From Euprymna scolopes (lineage: Eukaryota), in the NCBI GenBank assembly GCA_053919585.1, contig CM132799.1: a DNA stretch of 64,000 nt; one strand, written 5' to 3'. Under the pieces are notes generated by a model that was not told where the DNA came from, ran no database searches, and worked only from the letters and a program-made list of their open reading frames with translations. This document shows, in pieces, positions 24,201 to 39,200 of the stretch; within the stretch, counting starts at the first letter, position 1; the number at the start of each line of letters is the position of its first letter. The translations under genes and the position numbers were made by a program.

Positions 24201-27200
24201 TTAAAAAATGAGAAATATAGTAGGCAAAGTTAAATGATGAGAAATATAGTAGGCAAAGTAAAAAGGCAAGAAATATAGTAGACAAAAATAAAAGGCAAGA
24301 AATATAGTAGACAAAAATAAAAGGCAAGAAATATAGTAGACAAAGGTAACAGGCAGGAAATATAGTAGACAAAGTTAAAAGATGAGAAATATAGTAGACA
24401 AAGTTAAAAGATGAGAAATATAGTAGACAAAGTTAAAAGATGAGAAATATAGAAGACAAAGTTAAAAGATGAGAAATATAGTAGGCAAAGTTAAAAGATG
24501 AGAAATATAGTAGACAAAGTTAAAAGATGAGAAATATAGTAGACAAAGTTAAAAGATGAGAAATATAGTAGACAAAGTTAAAAGATGAGAAATATAGTAG
24601 ACAAAGTTAAAAGATGAGAAATATAGTAGGCAAAGTTAAAAGATGAGAAATATAGTAGACAAAGTTAAAAGATGAGAAATATAGTAGGCAAAGTTAAAAG
24701 ATGAGAAATATAGTAGACAAAGTTAAAAGATGAGAAATATAGTAGACAAAGTTAAAAGATGAGAAATATAGAAGACAAAGTTAAAAGATGAGAAATATAG
24801 TAGACAAAGTTAAAAGATGAGAAATATAGTAGACAAAGTTAAAAGATGAGAAATATAGTAGACAAAGTTAAAAGATGAGAAATATAGTAGGCAAAGTTAA
24901 AAGATGAGAAATATAGTAGACAAAGTTAAAAGATGAGAAATATAGTAGACAAAGTTAAAAGATGAGAAATATAGAAGACAAAGTTAAAAGATGAGAAATA
25001 TAGTAGACAAAGTTAAAAGATGAGAAATATAGTAGACAAAGTTAAAAGATGAGAAATATAGTAGACAAAGTTAAAAGATGAGAAATATAGAAGACAAAGT
25101 TAAAAGATGAGAAATATAGTAGACAAAGTTAAAAGATGAGAAATATAGTAGTCAAAGTTAAAAGATGAGAAATATAGTAGGCAAAGTTAAATGATGAGAA
25201 ATATAGTAGACAAAGTTAAAAGATGAGAAATATAGTAGGCAAAGTAAAAAGGCAAGAAATATAGTAGACAAAAATAAAAGGCAAGAAATATAGTAGACAA
25301 AAATAAAAGGCAAGAAATATAGTAGACAAAGGTAACAGGCAAGAAATATAGTAGACAAAGTTAAAAGATGAGAAATATAGTAGACAAAGTTAAAAGATGA
25401 GAAATATAGTAGACAAAGTTAAAAGATGAGAAATATAGAAGACAAAGTTAAAAGATGAGAAATATAGTAGGCAAAGTTAAAAGATGAGAAATATAGTAGA
25501 CAAAGTTAAAAGATGAGAAATATAGAAGACAAAGTTAAAAGATGAGAAATATAGAAGACAAAGTTAAAAGATGAGAAATATAGTAGACAAAGTTAAAAGA
25601 TGAGAAATATAGAAGACAAAGTTAAAAGATGAGAAATATAGTAGACAAAGTTAAAAGATGAGAAATATAGAAGACAAAGTTAAAAGATGAGAAATATAGT
25701 AGACAAAGTTAAAAGATGAGAAATATAGAAGAAAAATTAAAAGATCAGAAATATAGTAGACAAAGGTAAAAGATGAGAAATATAGTAGACAAAGTTAAAA
25801 GATGAGAAATATAGAAGACAAAGTTAAAAGATGAGAAATATAGAAGACAAAGTTAAAAAATGAGAAATATAGTAGGCAAAGTTAAATGATGAGAAATATA
25901 GTAGGCAAAGTAAAAAGGCAAGAAATATAGTAGACAAAAATAAAAGGCAAGAAATATAGTAGACAAAAATAAAAGGCAAGAAATATAGTAGACAAAGGTA
26001 ACAGGCAGGAAATATAGTAGACAAAGTTAAAAGATGAGAAATATAGTAGACAAAGTTAAAAGATGAGAAATATAGTAGACAAAGTTAAAAGATGAGAAAT
26101 ATAGAAGACAAAGTTAAAAGATGAGAAATATAGTAGGCAAAGTTAAAAGATGAGAAATATAGTAGACAAAGTTAAAAGATGAGAAATATAGTAGACAAAG
26201 TTAAAAGATGAGAAATATAGTAGACAAAGTTAAAAGATGAGAAATATAGTAGACAAAGTTAAAAGATGAGAAATATAGTAGGCAAAGTTAAAAGATGAGA
26301 AATATAGTAGACAAAGTTAAAAGATGAGAAATATAGTAGGCAAAGTTAAAAGATGAGAAATATAGTAGACAAAGTTAAAAGATGAGAAATATAGTAGACA
26401 AAGTTAAAAGATGAGAAATATAGAAGACAAAGTTAAAAGATGAGAAATATAGTAGACAAAGTTAAAAGATGAGAAATATAGTAGACAAAGTTAAAAGATG
26501 AGAAATATAGTAGACAAAGTAAAAAGATGAGAAATATAGAAGACAAAGTTAAAAGATGAGAAATATAGTAGGCAAAGTTAAATGATGAGAAATATAGTAG
26601 GCAAAGTTAAAAGATGAGAAAAATAGTAGACAAAAATAAAAGGCAAGAAATATAGTAGACAAAAATAAAAGGCAAGAAATATAGTAGACAAAGGTAACAG
26701 GCAAGAAATATAGTAGACCAAGTTAAAAGATGAAAAATATAGTAGACAAAGTTAAAAGATGAGAAATATAGTAGACAAAGTTAAAAGATGAGAAATATAG
26801 TAGGCAAAGTTAAAAGATGAGAAATATAGCAGACAAAGTTAAAAGATGAGAAATATAGTAGACAAAGTTAAAAGATGAGAAATATAGAAGACAAAGTTAA
26901 AAGATGAGAAATATAGTAGACAAAGTTAAAAGATGAGAAATATAGAAGACAAAATTAAAAGATGAGAAATATAGTAGACAATGGTAAAAGATGAGAATTA
27001 TAGTAGACAAAGTTAAAAGATGAGAAATATAGAAGACAAAGTTAAAAGATGAGAAATATAGAAGACAAAGTAAAAAGATGAGAAATATAGTAGGCAAAGT
27101 TAAATGATGAGAAATATAGTAGGCAAAGTAAAAAGGCAAGAAATATAGTAGACAAAAATAAAAGGCAAGAAATATAGTAGACAAAAATAAAAGGCAAGAA

Positions 27201-30200
27201 ATATAGTAGACAAAAATAAAAGGCAAGAAATATAGTAGACAAAGGTAACAGGCAAGAAATATAGTAGGCAAAGTTAAAAGATGAGAAATATAGTAGACAA
27301 AGTTAAAAGATGAGAAATATAGTAGACAAAGTTAAAAGATGAGAAATATAGTAGACAAAGTTAAAAGATGAGAAATATAGTAGGCAAAGTTAAAAGATGA
27401 GAAATATAGTAGACAAAGTTAAAAGATGAGAAATATAGTAGACAATGTTAAAAGATGAGAAATATAGAAGACAAAGTTAAAAGATGAGAAATATAGTAGA
27501 CAAAGTTAAAAGATGAGAAATATAGAAGACAAAGTTAAAAGATGAGAAATATAGTAGACAAAGTTAAAAGATGAGAAATATTGTAGGCAAAGTTAAATGA
27601 TGAGAAATATAGTAGACAAAGTTAAAAGATGAGAAATATAGTAGGCAAAGTAAAAAGGCAAGAAATATAGTAGACAAAAATAAAAGGCAAGACATATAGT
27701 AGACAAAAATAAAAGGCAAGAAATATAGTAGACAAAGGTAACAGGCCAGAAATATAGTAGACAAAGTTAAAAGATGAGAAATATAGTAGACAAAGTTAAA
27801 AGATGAGAAATATAGTAGACAAAGTTAAAAGATGAGAAATATAGTAGGCAAAGTTAAAAGATGAGAAATATAGTAGACAAAGTTAAAAGATGAGAAATAT
27901 AGTAGACAAAGTTAAAAGATGAGAAATATAGACGACAAAGTTAAAAGATGAGAAATATAGTAGACAAAGTTAAAAGATGAGAAATATAGAAGACAAAGTT
28001 AAAAGATGAGAAATATAGAAGACAAAGTTAAAAGATGAGAAATATAGTAGACAAAGTTAAAAGTTGAGAAATATAGAAGACAAAGTTAAAAGATGAGAAA
28101 TATAGTAGGCAAAGTTAAAAGATGACAAATATAGTAGACAAAGTTAAAAGATGAGAAATATAGAAGACAAAGTTAAAAGATGAGAATATAGTAGGCAAAG
28201 TTAAAAGATGAGAAATATAGTAGACAAAGTTAAAAGATGAGAAATATAGTAGGCAAAGTTAAAAGATGAGAAATATAGAAGACAAAGTTAAAAGATGAGA
28301 AATATAGTAGACAAAGTTAAAAGATGAGAAATATAGAAGACAAAGTTAAAAGATGAGAAATATAGTAGACAAAGTTAAAAGATGAGAAATATAGTAGACA
28401 AAGTTAAAAGATGAGAAATATAGTAGACAAAGTTAAAAGATGAGAAATATAGTAGGCAAAGTTAAAAGATGAGAAATATAGTAGACAAAGTTAAAAGATG
28501 AGAAATATAGTAGACAAAGTTAAAAGATGAGAAATATAGTAGACAAAGTAAAAAGATGAGAAATATAGTAGACAAAGTTAAAAGATGATAAATATAGAAG
28601 ACAAAGTTAAAAGATGAGAAATATAGTAGACAAAGTTAAAAGATGAGAAATATAGTAGTCAAAGTTAAAAGATGAGAAATATAGTAGGCAAAGTTAAATG
28701 ATGAGAAATATAGTAGACAATGTTAAAAGATGAGAAATATAGTAGGCAAAGTAAAAAGGCAAGAAATATAGTAGACAAAAATAAAAGGCAAGAAATATAG
28801 TAGACAAAAATAAAAGGCAAGAAATATAGTAGACAAAGGAAACAGGCAAGAAATATAGTAGACAAAGTTAAAAGATGAGAAATATAGTAGACAAAGTTAA
28901 AAGATGAGAAATATAGTAGACAAAGTTAAAAGATGAGAAATATAGAAGACAAAGTTAAAAGATGAGAAATATAGTAGGCAAAGTTAAAAGATGAGAAATA
29001 TAGTAGACAAAGTTAAAAGATGAGAAATATAGAAGACACAGTTAAAAGATGAGAAATATAGAAGACAAAGTTAAAAGATGAGAAATATAGTAGCCAAAGT
29101 TAAAAGATGAGAAATATAGAAGACAAAGTTAAAAGATGAGAAATATAGTAGACAAAGTTAAAAGATGAGAAATATAGAAGACAAAGTTAAAAGATGAGAA
29201 ATATAGTAGACAAAGTAAAAAGATGAGAAATATAGAAGACAAAATTAAAAGATGAGAAATATAGTAGACAAAGTTAAAAGATGAGAAATATAGTAGACAA
29301 AGTTAAAAGATGAGAAATATAGAAGACAAAGTTAAAAGATGAGAAATATAGAAGTCAAAGTAAAAAGATGAGAAATATAGTAGGCAAAGTTAAATGATGA
29401 GAAATATAGTAGGCAAAGTAAAAAGGCAAGAAATATAGTAGACAAAAATAAAAGGCAAGAAATATAGTAGACAAAAATAAAAGGCAAGAAATATAGTAGA
29501 CAAAGGTAACAGGCAAGAAATATAGTAGACAAAGTTAAAAGATGAGAAATATAGTAGACAAAGTATAAAGATGAGAAATATAGTAGACAAAGTTAAAAGA
29601 TGAGAAATATAGAAGACAAAGTCAAAAGATGAGAAATATAGTAGGCAAAGTTAAAAGATGAGATATATAGTAGACAAAGTTAAAAGATGAGAAATATAGT
29701 AGACAAAGTTAAAAGATGAGAAATATAGAAGACAAAGTTAAAAGATGAGAAATATAGTAGACAAAGTTAAAAGATGAGAAATATAGTAGACAAAGTTAAA
29801 AGATGAGAAATATAGTAGACAAAGTTAAAAGATGAGAAATATAGAAGACAAAGTTAAAAGATGAGAAATATAGTAAACAAAGTTAAATGATGAGAAATAT
29901 AGTAGGCAAAGTTAAAAGATGAGAAATATAGTAGACAAAAATAAAAGGCAAGAAATATAGTAGACAAAAATAAAAGGCAAGAAATATAGTAGACAAAGGT
30001 AACAGGCAAGAAATATAGTAGACCAAGTTAAAAGATAAAAAATATAGTAGACAAAGTTAAAAGATGAGAAATATAGTAGACAAAGTTAAAAGATGAGAAA
30101 TATAGTAGGCAAAGTTAAAAGATGAGAAATATAGCAGACAAAGTTAAAAGATGAGAAATATAGTAGACAAAGTTAAAAGATGAGAAATATAGAAGACAAA

Positions 30201-33200
30201 GTTAAAAGATGAGAAATATAGTAGACAAAGTTAAAAGATGAGAAATATAGAAGACAAAATTAAAAGATGAGAAATATAGTAGACAAAGGTAAAAGATGAG
30301 AAATATAGTAGACAAAGTTAAAAGATGAGAAATATAGAAGACAAAGTAAAAAGATGAGAAATATAGAAGACAAAGTAAAAAGATGAGAAATATAGTAGGC
30401 AAAGTTAAATGATGAGAAATATAGTAGGCAAAGTAAAAAGGCAAGAAATATAGTAGACAAAAATAAAAGGCAAGAAATATAGTAGACAAAAATAAAAGGC
30501 AAGAAATATAGTAGACAAAAATAAAAGGCAAGAAATATAGTAGACAAAGGTAACAGGCAAGAAATATAGTAGGCAAAGTTAAAAGATGAGAAATATAGTA
30601 GACAAAGTTAAAAGATGAGAAATATAGTAGACAAAGTTAAAAGATGAGAAATATAGAAGACAAAGTTAAAAGATGAGAAATATAGTAGGCAAAGTTAAAA
30701 GATGAGAAATATAGTAGACAAAGTTAAAAGATGAGAAATATAGTAGACAAAGTTAAAAGATGAGAAATATAGAAGACAAAGTTAAAAGATGAGAAATATA
30801 GTAGACAAAGTCAAAAGATGAGAAATATAGTAGACAAAGTTAAAAGATGAGAAATATAGTAGACAAAGTTAAAAGATGAGAAATATAATAGACAAAGTTA
30901 AAAGATGAGAAATATAGTAGGCAAAGTTAACTGATGAGAAATATAGTAGGCAAAGTAAAAAGGCAAGAAATATAGTAGACAAAAATAAAAGGCAAGAAAT
31001 ATAGTAGACAAAAATAAAAGGCAAGAAATATAGTAGACAAAGGTAACAGGCAAGAAATATAGTAGACAAAGTTAAAAGTTGAGAAATATAGAAGACAAAG
31101 TTAAAAGATGAGAAATATAGTAGGCAAAGTTAAAAGATGACAAATATAGTAGACAAAGTTAAAAGATGAGAAATATAGAAGACAAAGTTAAAAGATGAGA
31201 ATATAGTAGGCAAAGTTAAAAGATGAGAAATATAGTAGACAAAGTTAAAAGATGAGAAATATAGTAGGCAAAGTTAAAAGATGAGAAATATAGAAGACAA
31301 AGTTAAAAGATGAGAAATATAGTAGACAAAGTTAAAAGATGAGAAATATAGAAGACAAAGTTAAAAGATGAGAAATATAGTAGACAAAGTTAAAAGATGA
31401 GAAATATAGTAGACAAAGTTAAAAGATGAGAAATATAGTAGACAAAGTTAAAAGATGAGAAATATAGTAGGCAAAGTTAAAAGATGAGAAATATAGTAGA
31501 CAAAGTTAAAAGATGAGAAATATAGTAGACAAAGTTAAAAGATGAGAAATATAGTAGACAAAGTAAAAAGATGAGAAATATAGTAGACAAAGTTAAAAGA
31601 TGATAAATATAGAAGACAAAGTTAAAAGATGAGAAATATAGTAGACAAAGTTAAAAGATGAGAAATATAGTAGTCAAAGTTAAAAGATGAGAAATATAGT
31701 AGGCAAAGTTAAATGATGAGAAATATAGTAGACAAAGTTAAAAGATGAGAAATATAGTAGGCAAAGTAAAAAGGCAAGAAATATAGTAGACAAAAATAAA
31801 AGGCAAGAAATATAGTAGACAAAAATAAAAGGCAAGAAATATAGTAGACAAAGGTAACAGGCAAGAAATATAGTAGACAAAGTTAAAAGATGAGAAATAT
31901 AGTAGACAAAGTTAAAAGATGAGAAATATAGTAGACAAAGTTAAAAGATGAGAAATATAGAAGACAAAGTTAAAAGATGAGAAATATAGTAGGCAAAGTT
32001 AAAAGATGAGAAATATAGTAGACAAAGTTAAAAGATGAGAAATATAGAAGACACAGTTAAAAGATGAGAAATATAGAAGACAAAGTTAAAAGATGAGAAA
32101 TATAGTAGCCAAAGTTAAAAGATGAGAAATATAGAAGACAAAGTTAAAAGATGAGAAATATAGTAGACAAAGTTAAAAGATGAGAAATATAGAAGACAAA
32201 GTTAAAAGATGAGAAATATAGTAGACAAAGTAAAAAGATGAGAAATATAGAAGACAAAATTAAAAGATGAGAAATATAGTAGACAAAGTTAAAAGATGAG
32301 AAATATAGTAGACAAAGTTAAAAGATGAGAAATATAGAAGACAAAGTTAAAAGATGAGAAATATAGAAGACAAAGTAAAAAGATGAGAAATATAGTAGGC
32401 AAAGTTAAAAGATGAGAAATATAGTAGGCAAAGTAAAAAGGCAAGAAATATAGTAGACAAAAATAAAAGGCAAGAAATATAGTAGACAAAAATAAAAGGC
32501 AAGAAATATAGTAGACAAAGGTAACAGGCAAGAAATATAGTAGACAAAGTTAAAAGATGAGAAATATAGTAGACAAAGTTAAAAGATGAGAAATATAGTA
32601 GACAAAGTTAAAAGATGAGAAATATAGAAGACAAAGTCAAAAGATGAGAAATATAGTAGGCAAAGTTAAAAGATGAGAAATATAGTAGACAAAGTTAAAA
32701 GATGAGAAATATAGTAGACAAAGTTAAAAGATGAGAAATATAGAAGACAAAGTTAAAAGATGAGAAATATAGTAGACAAAGTTAAAAGATGAGAAATATA
32801 GTAGACAAAGTTAAAAGATGAGAAATATAGTAGACAAAGTTAAAAGATGAGAAATATAGAAGACAAAGTTAAAAGATGAGAAATATAGAAGACAAAGTTA
32901 AAAGATGAGAAATATAGTAGACAAAGTTAAAAGATGAGAAATATAGTAGACAAAAATAAAAGGCAAGAAATATAGTAGACAAAACAAAAAGGCAAGAAAT
33001 ATAGTAGACAAAGGTAACAGGCAAGAAATATAGTAGACCAAGTTAAAAGATGAAAAATATAGTAGACAAAGTTAAAAGATGAGAAATATAGTAGACAAAG
33101 TTAAAAGATGAGAAATATAGTAGGCAAAGTTAAAAGATGAGAAATATAGCAGACAAAGTTAAAAGATGAGAAATATAGTAGACAAAGTTAAAAGATGAGA

Positions 33201-36200
33201 AATATAGAAGACAAAGTTAAAAGATGAGAAATATAGTAGACAAAGTTAAAAGATGAGAAATATAGAAGACAAAATTAAAAGATGAGAAATATAGTAGACA
33301 AAGGTAAAAGATGAGAAATATAGTAGACAAAGTTAAAAGATGAGAAATATAGAAGACAAAGTTAAAAGATGAGAAATATAGAAGACAAAGTAAAAAGATG
33401 AGAAATATAGTAGGCAAAGTTAAATGATGAGAAATATAGTAGGCAAAGTAAAAAGGCAAGAAATATAGTAGACAAAAAAAAAGGCAAGAAATATAGTAGA
33501 CAAAAATAAAAGGCAAGAAATATAGTAGACAAAAATAAAAGGCAAGAAATATAGTAGACAAAGGTAACAGGCAAGAAATATAGTAGGCAAAGTTAAAAGA
33601 TGAGAAATATAGTAGACAAAGTTAAAAGATGAGAAATATATTAGACAAAGTTAAAAGATGAGAAATATAGAAGACAAAGTTAAAAGATGAGAAATATAGT
33701 AGGCAAAGTTAAAAGATGAGAAATATAGTAGACAAAGTTAAAAGATGAGAAATATAGTAGACAACGTTAAAAGATGAGAAATATAGAAGACAAAGTTAAA
33801 AGATGAGAAATATAGTAGACAAAGTTAAAAGATGAGAAATATAGTAGACAAAGTTAAAAGATGAGAAATATAGTAGACAAAGTTAAAAGATGAGAAATAT
33901 AATAGACAAAGTTAAAAGATGAGAAATATAGTAGGCAAAGTTAAATGATGAGAAATATAGTAGGCAAAGTAAAAAGGCAAGAAATATAGTAGACAAAAAT
34001 AAAAGGCAAGAAATATAGTAGACAAAAATAAAAGGCAAGAAATATAGTAGACAAAGGTAACAGGCAAGAAATATAGTAGACAAAGTTAAAAGATGAGAAA
34101 TATAGTAGACAAAGTTAAAAGATGAGAAATATAGTAGGCAAAGTTAAAAGATGAGAAATATAGAAGACAAAGTTAAAAGATGAGAAATATAGAAGACAAA
34201 GTTAAAAGATGAGAAATATAGTAGGCAAAGTTAAAAGATGAGAAATATAGAAGACAAAGTTAAAAGATGAGAAATATAGTAGACAAAATTAAAAGATGAG
34301 AAATATAGTAGACAAAGTTAAAAGATGAGAAATATAGTAGACAAAGTTAAAAGATGAGAAATATAGTAGGCAAAGTTAAAAGATGAGAAATATAGAAGAC
34401 AAAGTTAAAAGATGAGAAATATAGAAGACAAAGTTAAAAGATGAGAAATATAGTAGGCAAAGTTAAAAGATGAGAAATATAGAAGACAAAGTTAAAAGAT
34501 GAGAAATATAGTAGACAAAGTTAAAAGATGAGAAATATAGTAGGCAAAGTTAAAAGATGAGAAATATAGTAGGCAAAGTTAAAAGATGAGAAATATAGAA
34601 GACAAAGTTAAAAGATGAGAAATATAGTAGACAAAGTTAAAAGATGAGAAATATAGTAGACAAAGTTAAAAGATGAGAAATATAGAAGACAATGTTAAAA
34701 GATGAGAAATATAGTAGGCAAAGTTAAATGATGAGAAATATAGTAGGCAAAGTAAAAAGGCAAGAAATATAGTAGACAAAAATAAAAGGCAAGAAATATA
34801 GTAGACAAAAATAAATAGCAAGAAATATAGTAGACGAAGGTAACAGGCAAGAAATATAGTAGACCAAGTTAAAAGATGAGAAATATAGTAGACAAAGTTA
34901 AAAGATGAGAAATATAGTAGACAAAGTTAAAAGATGAGAAATATAGAAGACAAAGTTAAAAGATGAGAAATATAGTAGGCAAAGTTAAAAGATGAGAAAT
35001 ATAGTAGGCAAAGTTAAAAGATGAGAAATATAGTAGACAAAGTTAAAAGATGAGTAATATAGTAGAATAAGTTAAAAGATGAGAAATATAGTAGGCAAAG
35101 TTAAAAGATGAGAAATATAGTAGACAAAGTTAAAAGATGAGAAATATAGTAGGCAAAGTTAAAAGATGAGAAATATAGTAGGCAAAGTTAAAAGATGAGA
35201 AATATAGTAGACAAAGTTAAAAGATGAGAAATATAGTAGGCAAAGTTAAAAGATGAGAAATATAGTAGACAAAGTTAAAAGATGAGAAATATAGTAGGCA
35301 AAGTTAAATGATGAGAAATATAGTAGGCAAAGTTAAATGATGAGAAATATAGTAGACAAAGTTAAAAGATGATAAATATAGTAGACAAAGTTAAAAGATG
35401 AGAAATATAGTAGACAAAGTTAAAAGATGAGAAATATAATAGACAAAGTTAAAAGATGAGAAATATAGTAGGCAAAGTTAAATGATGAGAAATATAGTAG
35501 GCAAAGTAAAAAGGCAAGAAATATAGTAGACAAAAATAAAAGGCAAGAAATATAGTAGACAAAAATAAAAGGCAAGAAATATAGTAGACAAAGGTAACAG
35601 GCAAGAAATATAGTAGACAAAGTTAAAAGATGAGAAATATAGTAGACAAAGTTAAAAGATGAGAAATATAGTAGGCAAAGTTAAAAGATGAGAAATATAG
35701 AAGACAAAGTTAAAAGATGAGAAATATAGTAGACAAAGTTAAAAGATGAGAAATATAGTAGGCAAAGTTAAAAGATGAGAAATATAGAAGACAAAGTTAA
35801 AAGATGAGAAATATAGTAGACAAAGTTAAAAGATGAGAAATATAGTAGACAAAGTTAAAAGATGAGAAATATAGTAGACAAAGTTAAAAGATGAGAAATA
35901 TAGTAGGCAAAGTTAAAAGATGAGAAATATAGAAGACAAAGTTAAAAGATGAGAAATATAGAAGACAAAGTTAAAAGATGAGAAATATAGTAGGCAAAGT
36001 TAAAAGATGAGAAATATAGAAGACAAAGTTAAAAGATGAGAAATATAGTAGACAAAGTTAAAAGATGAGAAATATAGTAGGCAAAGTTAAAAGATGAGAA
36101 ATATAGTAGGCAAAGTTAAAATATGAGAAATATAGAAGACAAAGTTAAAAGATGAGAAATATAGTAGACAAAGTTAAAAGATGAGAAATATAGTAGACAA

Positions 36201-39200
36201 AGTTAAAAGATGAGAAATATAGAAGACAATGTTAAAAGATGAGAAATATAGTAGGCAAAGTTAAATGATGAGAAATATAGTAGGCAAAGTAAAAAGGCAA
36301 GAAATATAGTAGACAAAAATAAAAGGCAAGAAATATAGTAGACAAAAATAAAAGGCAAGAAATATAGTAGACAAAGGTAACAGGCAAGAAATATAGTAGA
36401 CCAAGTTAAAAGATGAGAAATATAGTAGACAAAGTTAAAAGATGAGAAATATAGTAGACACAGTTAAAAGATGAGAAATATAGTAGACAAAGTTAAAAGA
36501 TGAGAAATATAGTAGGCAAAGTTAAATGATGAGAAATATAGTAGACAAAGTTAAAAGATGAGAAATATAGTAGGCAAAGTTAAAAGATGAGAAATATAGT
36601 AGACAAAGTTAAAAGATGAGAAACATAGTAGACAAAGTTAAAAGATGAGAAATATAGAAGACAAAGTTAAAAGATGAGAAATATAGTAGGCAAAGTTAAA
36701 AGATGAGAAATATAGTAGACAAAGTTAAAGGATGAGAAATATAGAAGACAACGTTAAAAGATGAGAAATATAGTAGGCAAAGTTAAAAGATGAGAAATAT
36801 AGTAGAAAAAGTTAAAAGATGAGAAATATAGAAGACAAAGTTAAAAGATGAGAAATATAGTAGGCAAAGTTAAAAGATGAGAAATATAGAAGACAACGTT
36901 AAAAGATGAGAAATATAGTAGGCAAATGTAAAAGATGAGAAATATAGTAGACAAAGTTAAAATATGAGAAATATAGTAGGCAAAGTTAAAAGATGAGAAA
37001 TATAGTAGACAAAGTTAAAAGATGAGAAATATAGTAGACAAAGTTAAAAGATGAGAAATATAGTAGGCAAAGTTAAAAGATGAGAAATATAGAAGACAAA
37101 GTTAAAAGATGAGAAATATAGTAGGCAAAGTTAAATGATGAGAAATATAGTAGACAAAGTTAAAAGATGAGAAATATAGTAGGCAAAGTTAAAAGATGAG
37201 AAATATAGTAGACAAAGTTAAAAGATGAGAAATATAGTAGACAAAGTTAAAAGATGAGAAATATAGTAGGCAAAGTTAAAAGATTAGAAATATAGTAGAC
37301 AAAGTTAAAAGATGAGAAATATAGTAGACAAAGTTAAAAGATGAGAAATATAGTAGACAAAGTTAAAAGATGAGAAATATAGTAGACAAAGTTAAAAGAT
37401 GAGAAATATAGTAGACAAAGTTAAAAGATGAGAAATATAGTAGACAAAGTTAAAAGATGAGAAATATAGTAGACAAAGTTAAAAGATGAGAAATATAGAA
37501 GACAAAGTTAAAAGATGAGTAATATAGTAGGCAAAGTAAAAAGATGAGAAATATAGAAGACAAAGTTAAAAGATGAGAAATATAGTAGGCAAAGTTAAAA
37601 GATGAGAAATATAGTAGACAAAGTTAAAAGATGAGAAATATAGTAGGCAAAGTTAAAAGATGAGAAATATAGTAGACAAAGTTAAAAGATGAGAAATATA
37701 GTAGACAAAGTTAAAAGATGAGAAATATAGTAGACAAAGTTAAAAGATGAGAAATATAGTAGGAAAAGTTAAAAGATGAGAAATATAGTAGACAAAGTTA
37801 AAAGATGAGAAATATAGTAGACAAAGTTAAAAGATGAGAAATATAGTAGACAAAGTTAAAAGATGAGAAATATAGTAGACAAAGTTAAAAGATGAGAAAT
37901 ATAGTAGACAAAGTTAAAAGATGAGAAATATAGTAGACAAAGTTAAAAGATGAGCAATATAGTAGACAAAGTTAAAAGATGAGAAATATAGAAGACAAAG
38001 TTAAAAGATGAGAAATATAGAAGACAAAGTTAAAAGATGAGAAATATAGTAGGCAAAGTTAAAAGATGAGAAATATAGTAGACAACGTTAAAAGATGAGA
38101 AATATAGTAGACAAAGTTAAAAGATGAGAAATATAGTAGGCAAAGTTAAATGAGCAGAAATATAGTAGAAAAAGTTAAAAGATGAGAAATATAGTAGGCA
38201 AAGTTAAAAGATGAGAAATATAGTAGACAAAGTTAAAAGATGAGAAATATAGTAGACAAAGTTAAAAGATGAGAAATATAGAAGACAAAGTTAAAAGATG
38301 AGAAATATAGTAGGCAAAGTTAAAAGATGAGAAATATAGTAGACAAAGTTAAAAGATGAGAAATATAGAAGACAACGTTAAAAGATGAGAAATATAGTAG
38401 GCAAAGTTAAAAGATGAGAAATATAGTAGACAACGTTAAAAGATGAGAAATATAGTAGACAAAGTTAAAAGATGACAAATATAGAAGACAAAGTTAAAAG
38501 ATGACAAATATAGTAGACAAAGTTAAAAGATGAGAAATATAGAAGACAACGTTAAAAGATGAGAAATATAGTAGACAAAGTTAAAAGATGAGAAATATAG
38601 TAGACAAAGTTAAAAGATGAGAAATATAGAAGACAAAGTTAAAAGATGAGAAATATAGTAGGCAAAGTTAAAAGATTAGAAATATAGAAGACAAAGTTAA
38701 AAGATGAGAAATATAGTAGGCAAAGTTAAAAGATGAGAAATATAGTAGACAAAGTTAAAAGATGAGAACTATAGTAGGCAAAGTTAAAAGATGAGAAATA
38801 AAGTAGACAAAGTTAAAAGATGAGAAATATAGTAGACAAAGTTAAAAGATGAGAAATATAGTAGGTGAAGTTAAAAGATGAGAAATATAGAAGACAAAGT
38901 TAAAAGATGAGAAATATAGTAGGCAAAGTTAAATGATGAGAAATATAGTAGACAAAGTTAAAAGATGAGAAATATAGTAGGCAAAGTTAAAAGATGAGAA
39001 ATATAGTAGACAAAGTTAAAAGATGAGAAATATAGTAGGCAAAGTTAAAAGATGAGAAATATAGAAGACGAAGTTAAAAGATGAGAAATATAGTAGGCAA
39101 AGTTAAAAGATGAGAAATATAGTAGACAAAGTTAAAAGATGAGAAATATAGTAGACAACGTTAAAAGATGAGAAATATAGTAGACAAAGTTAATAGATGA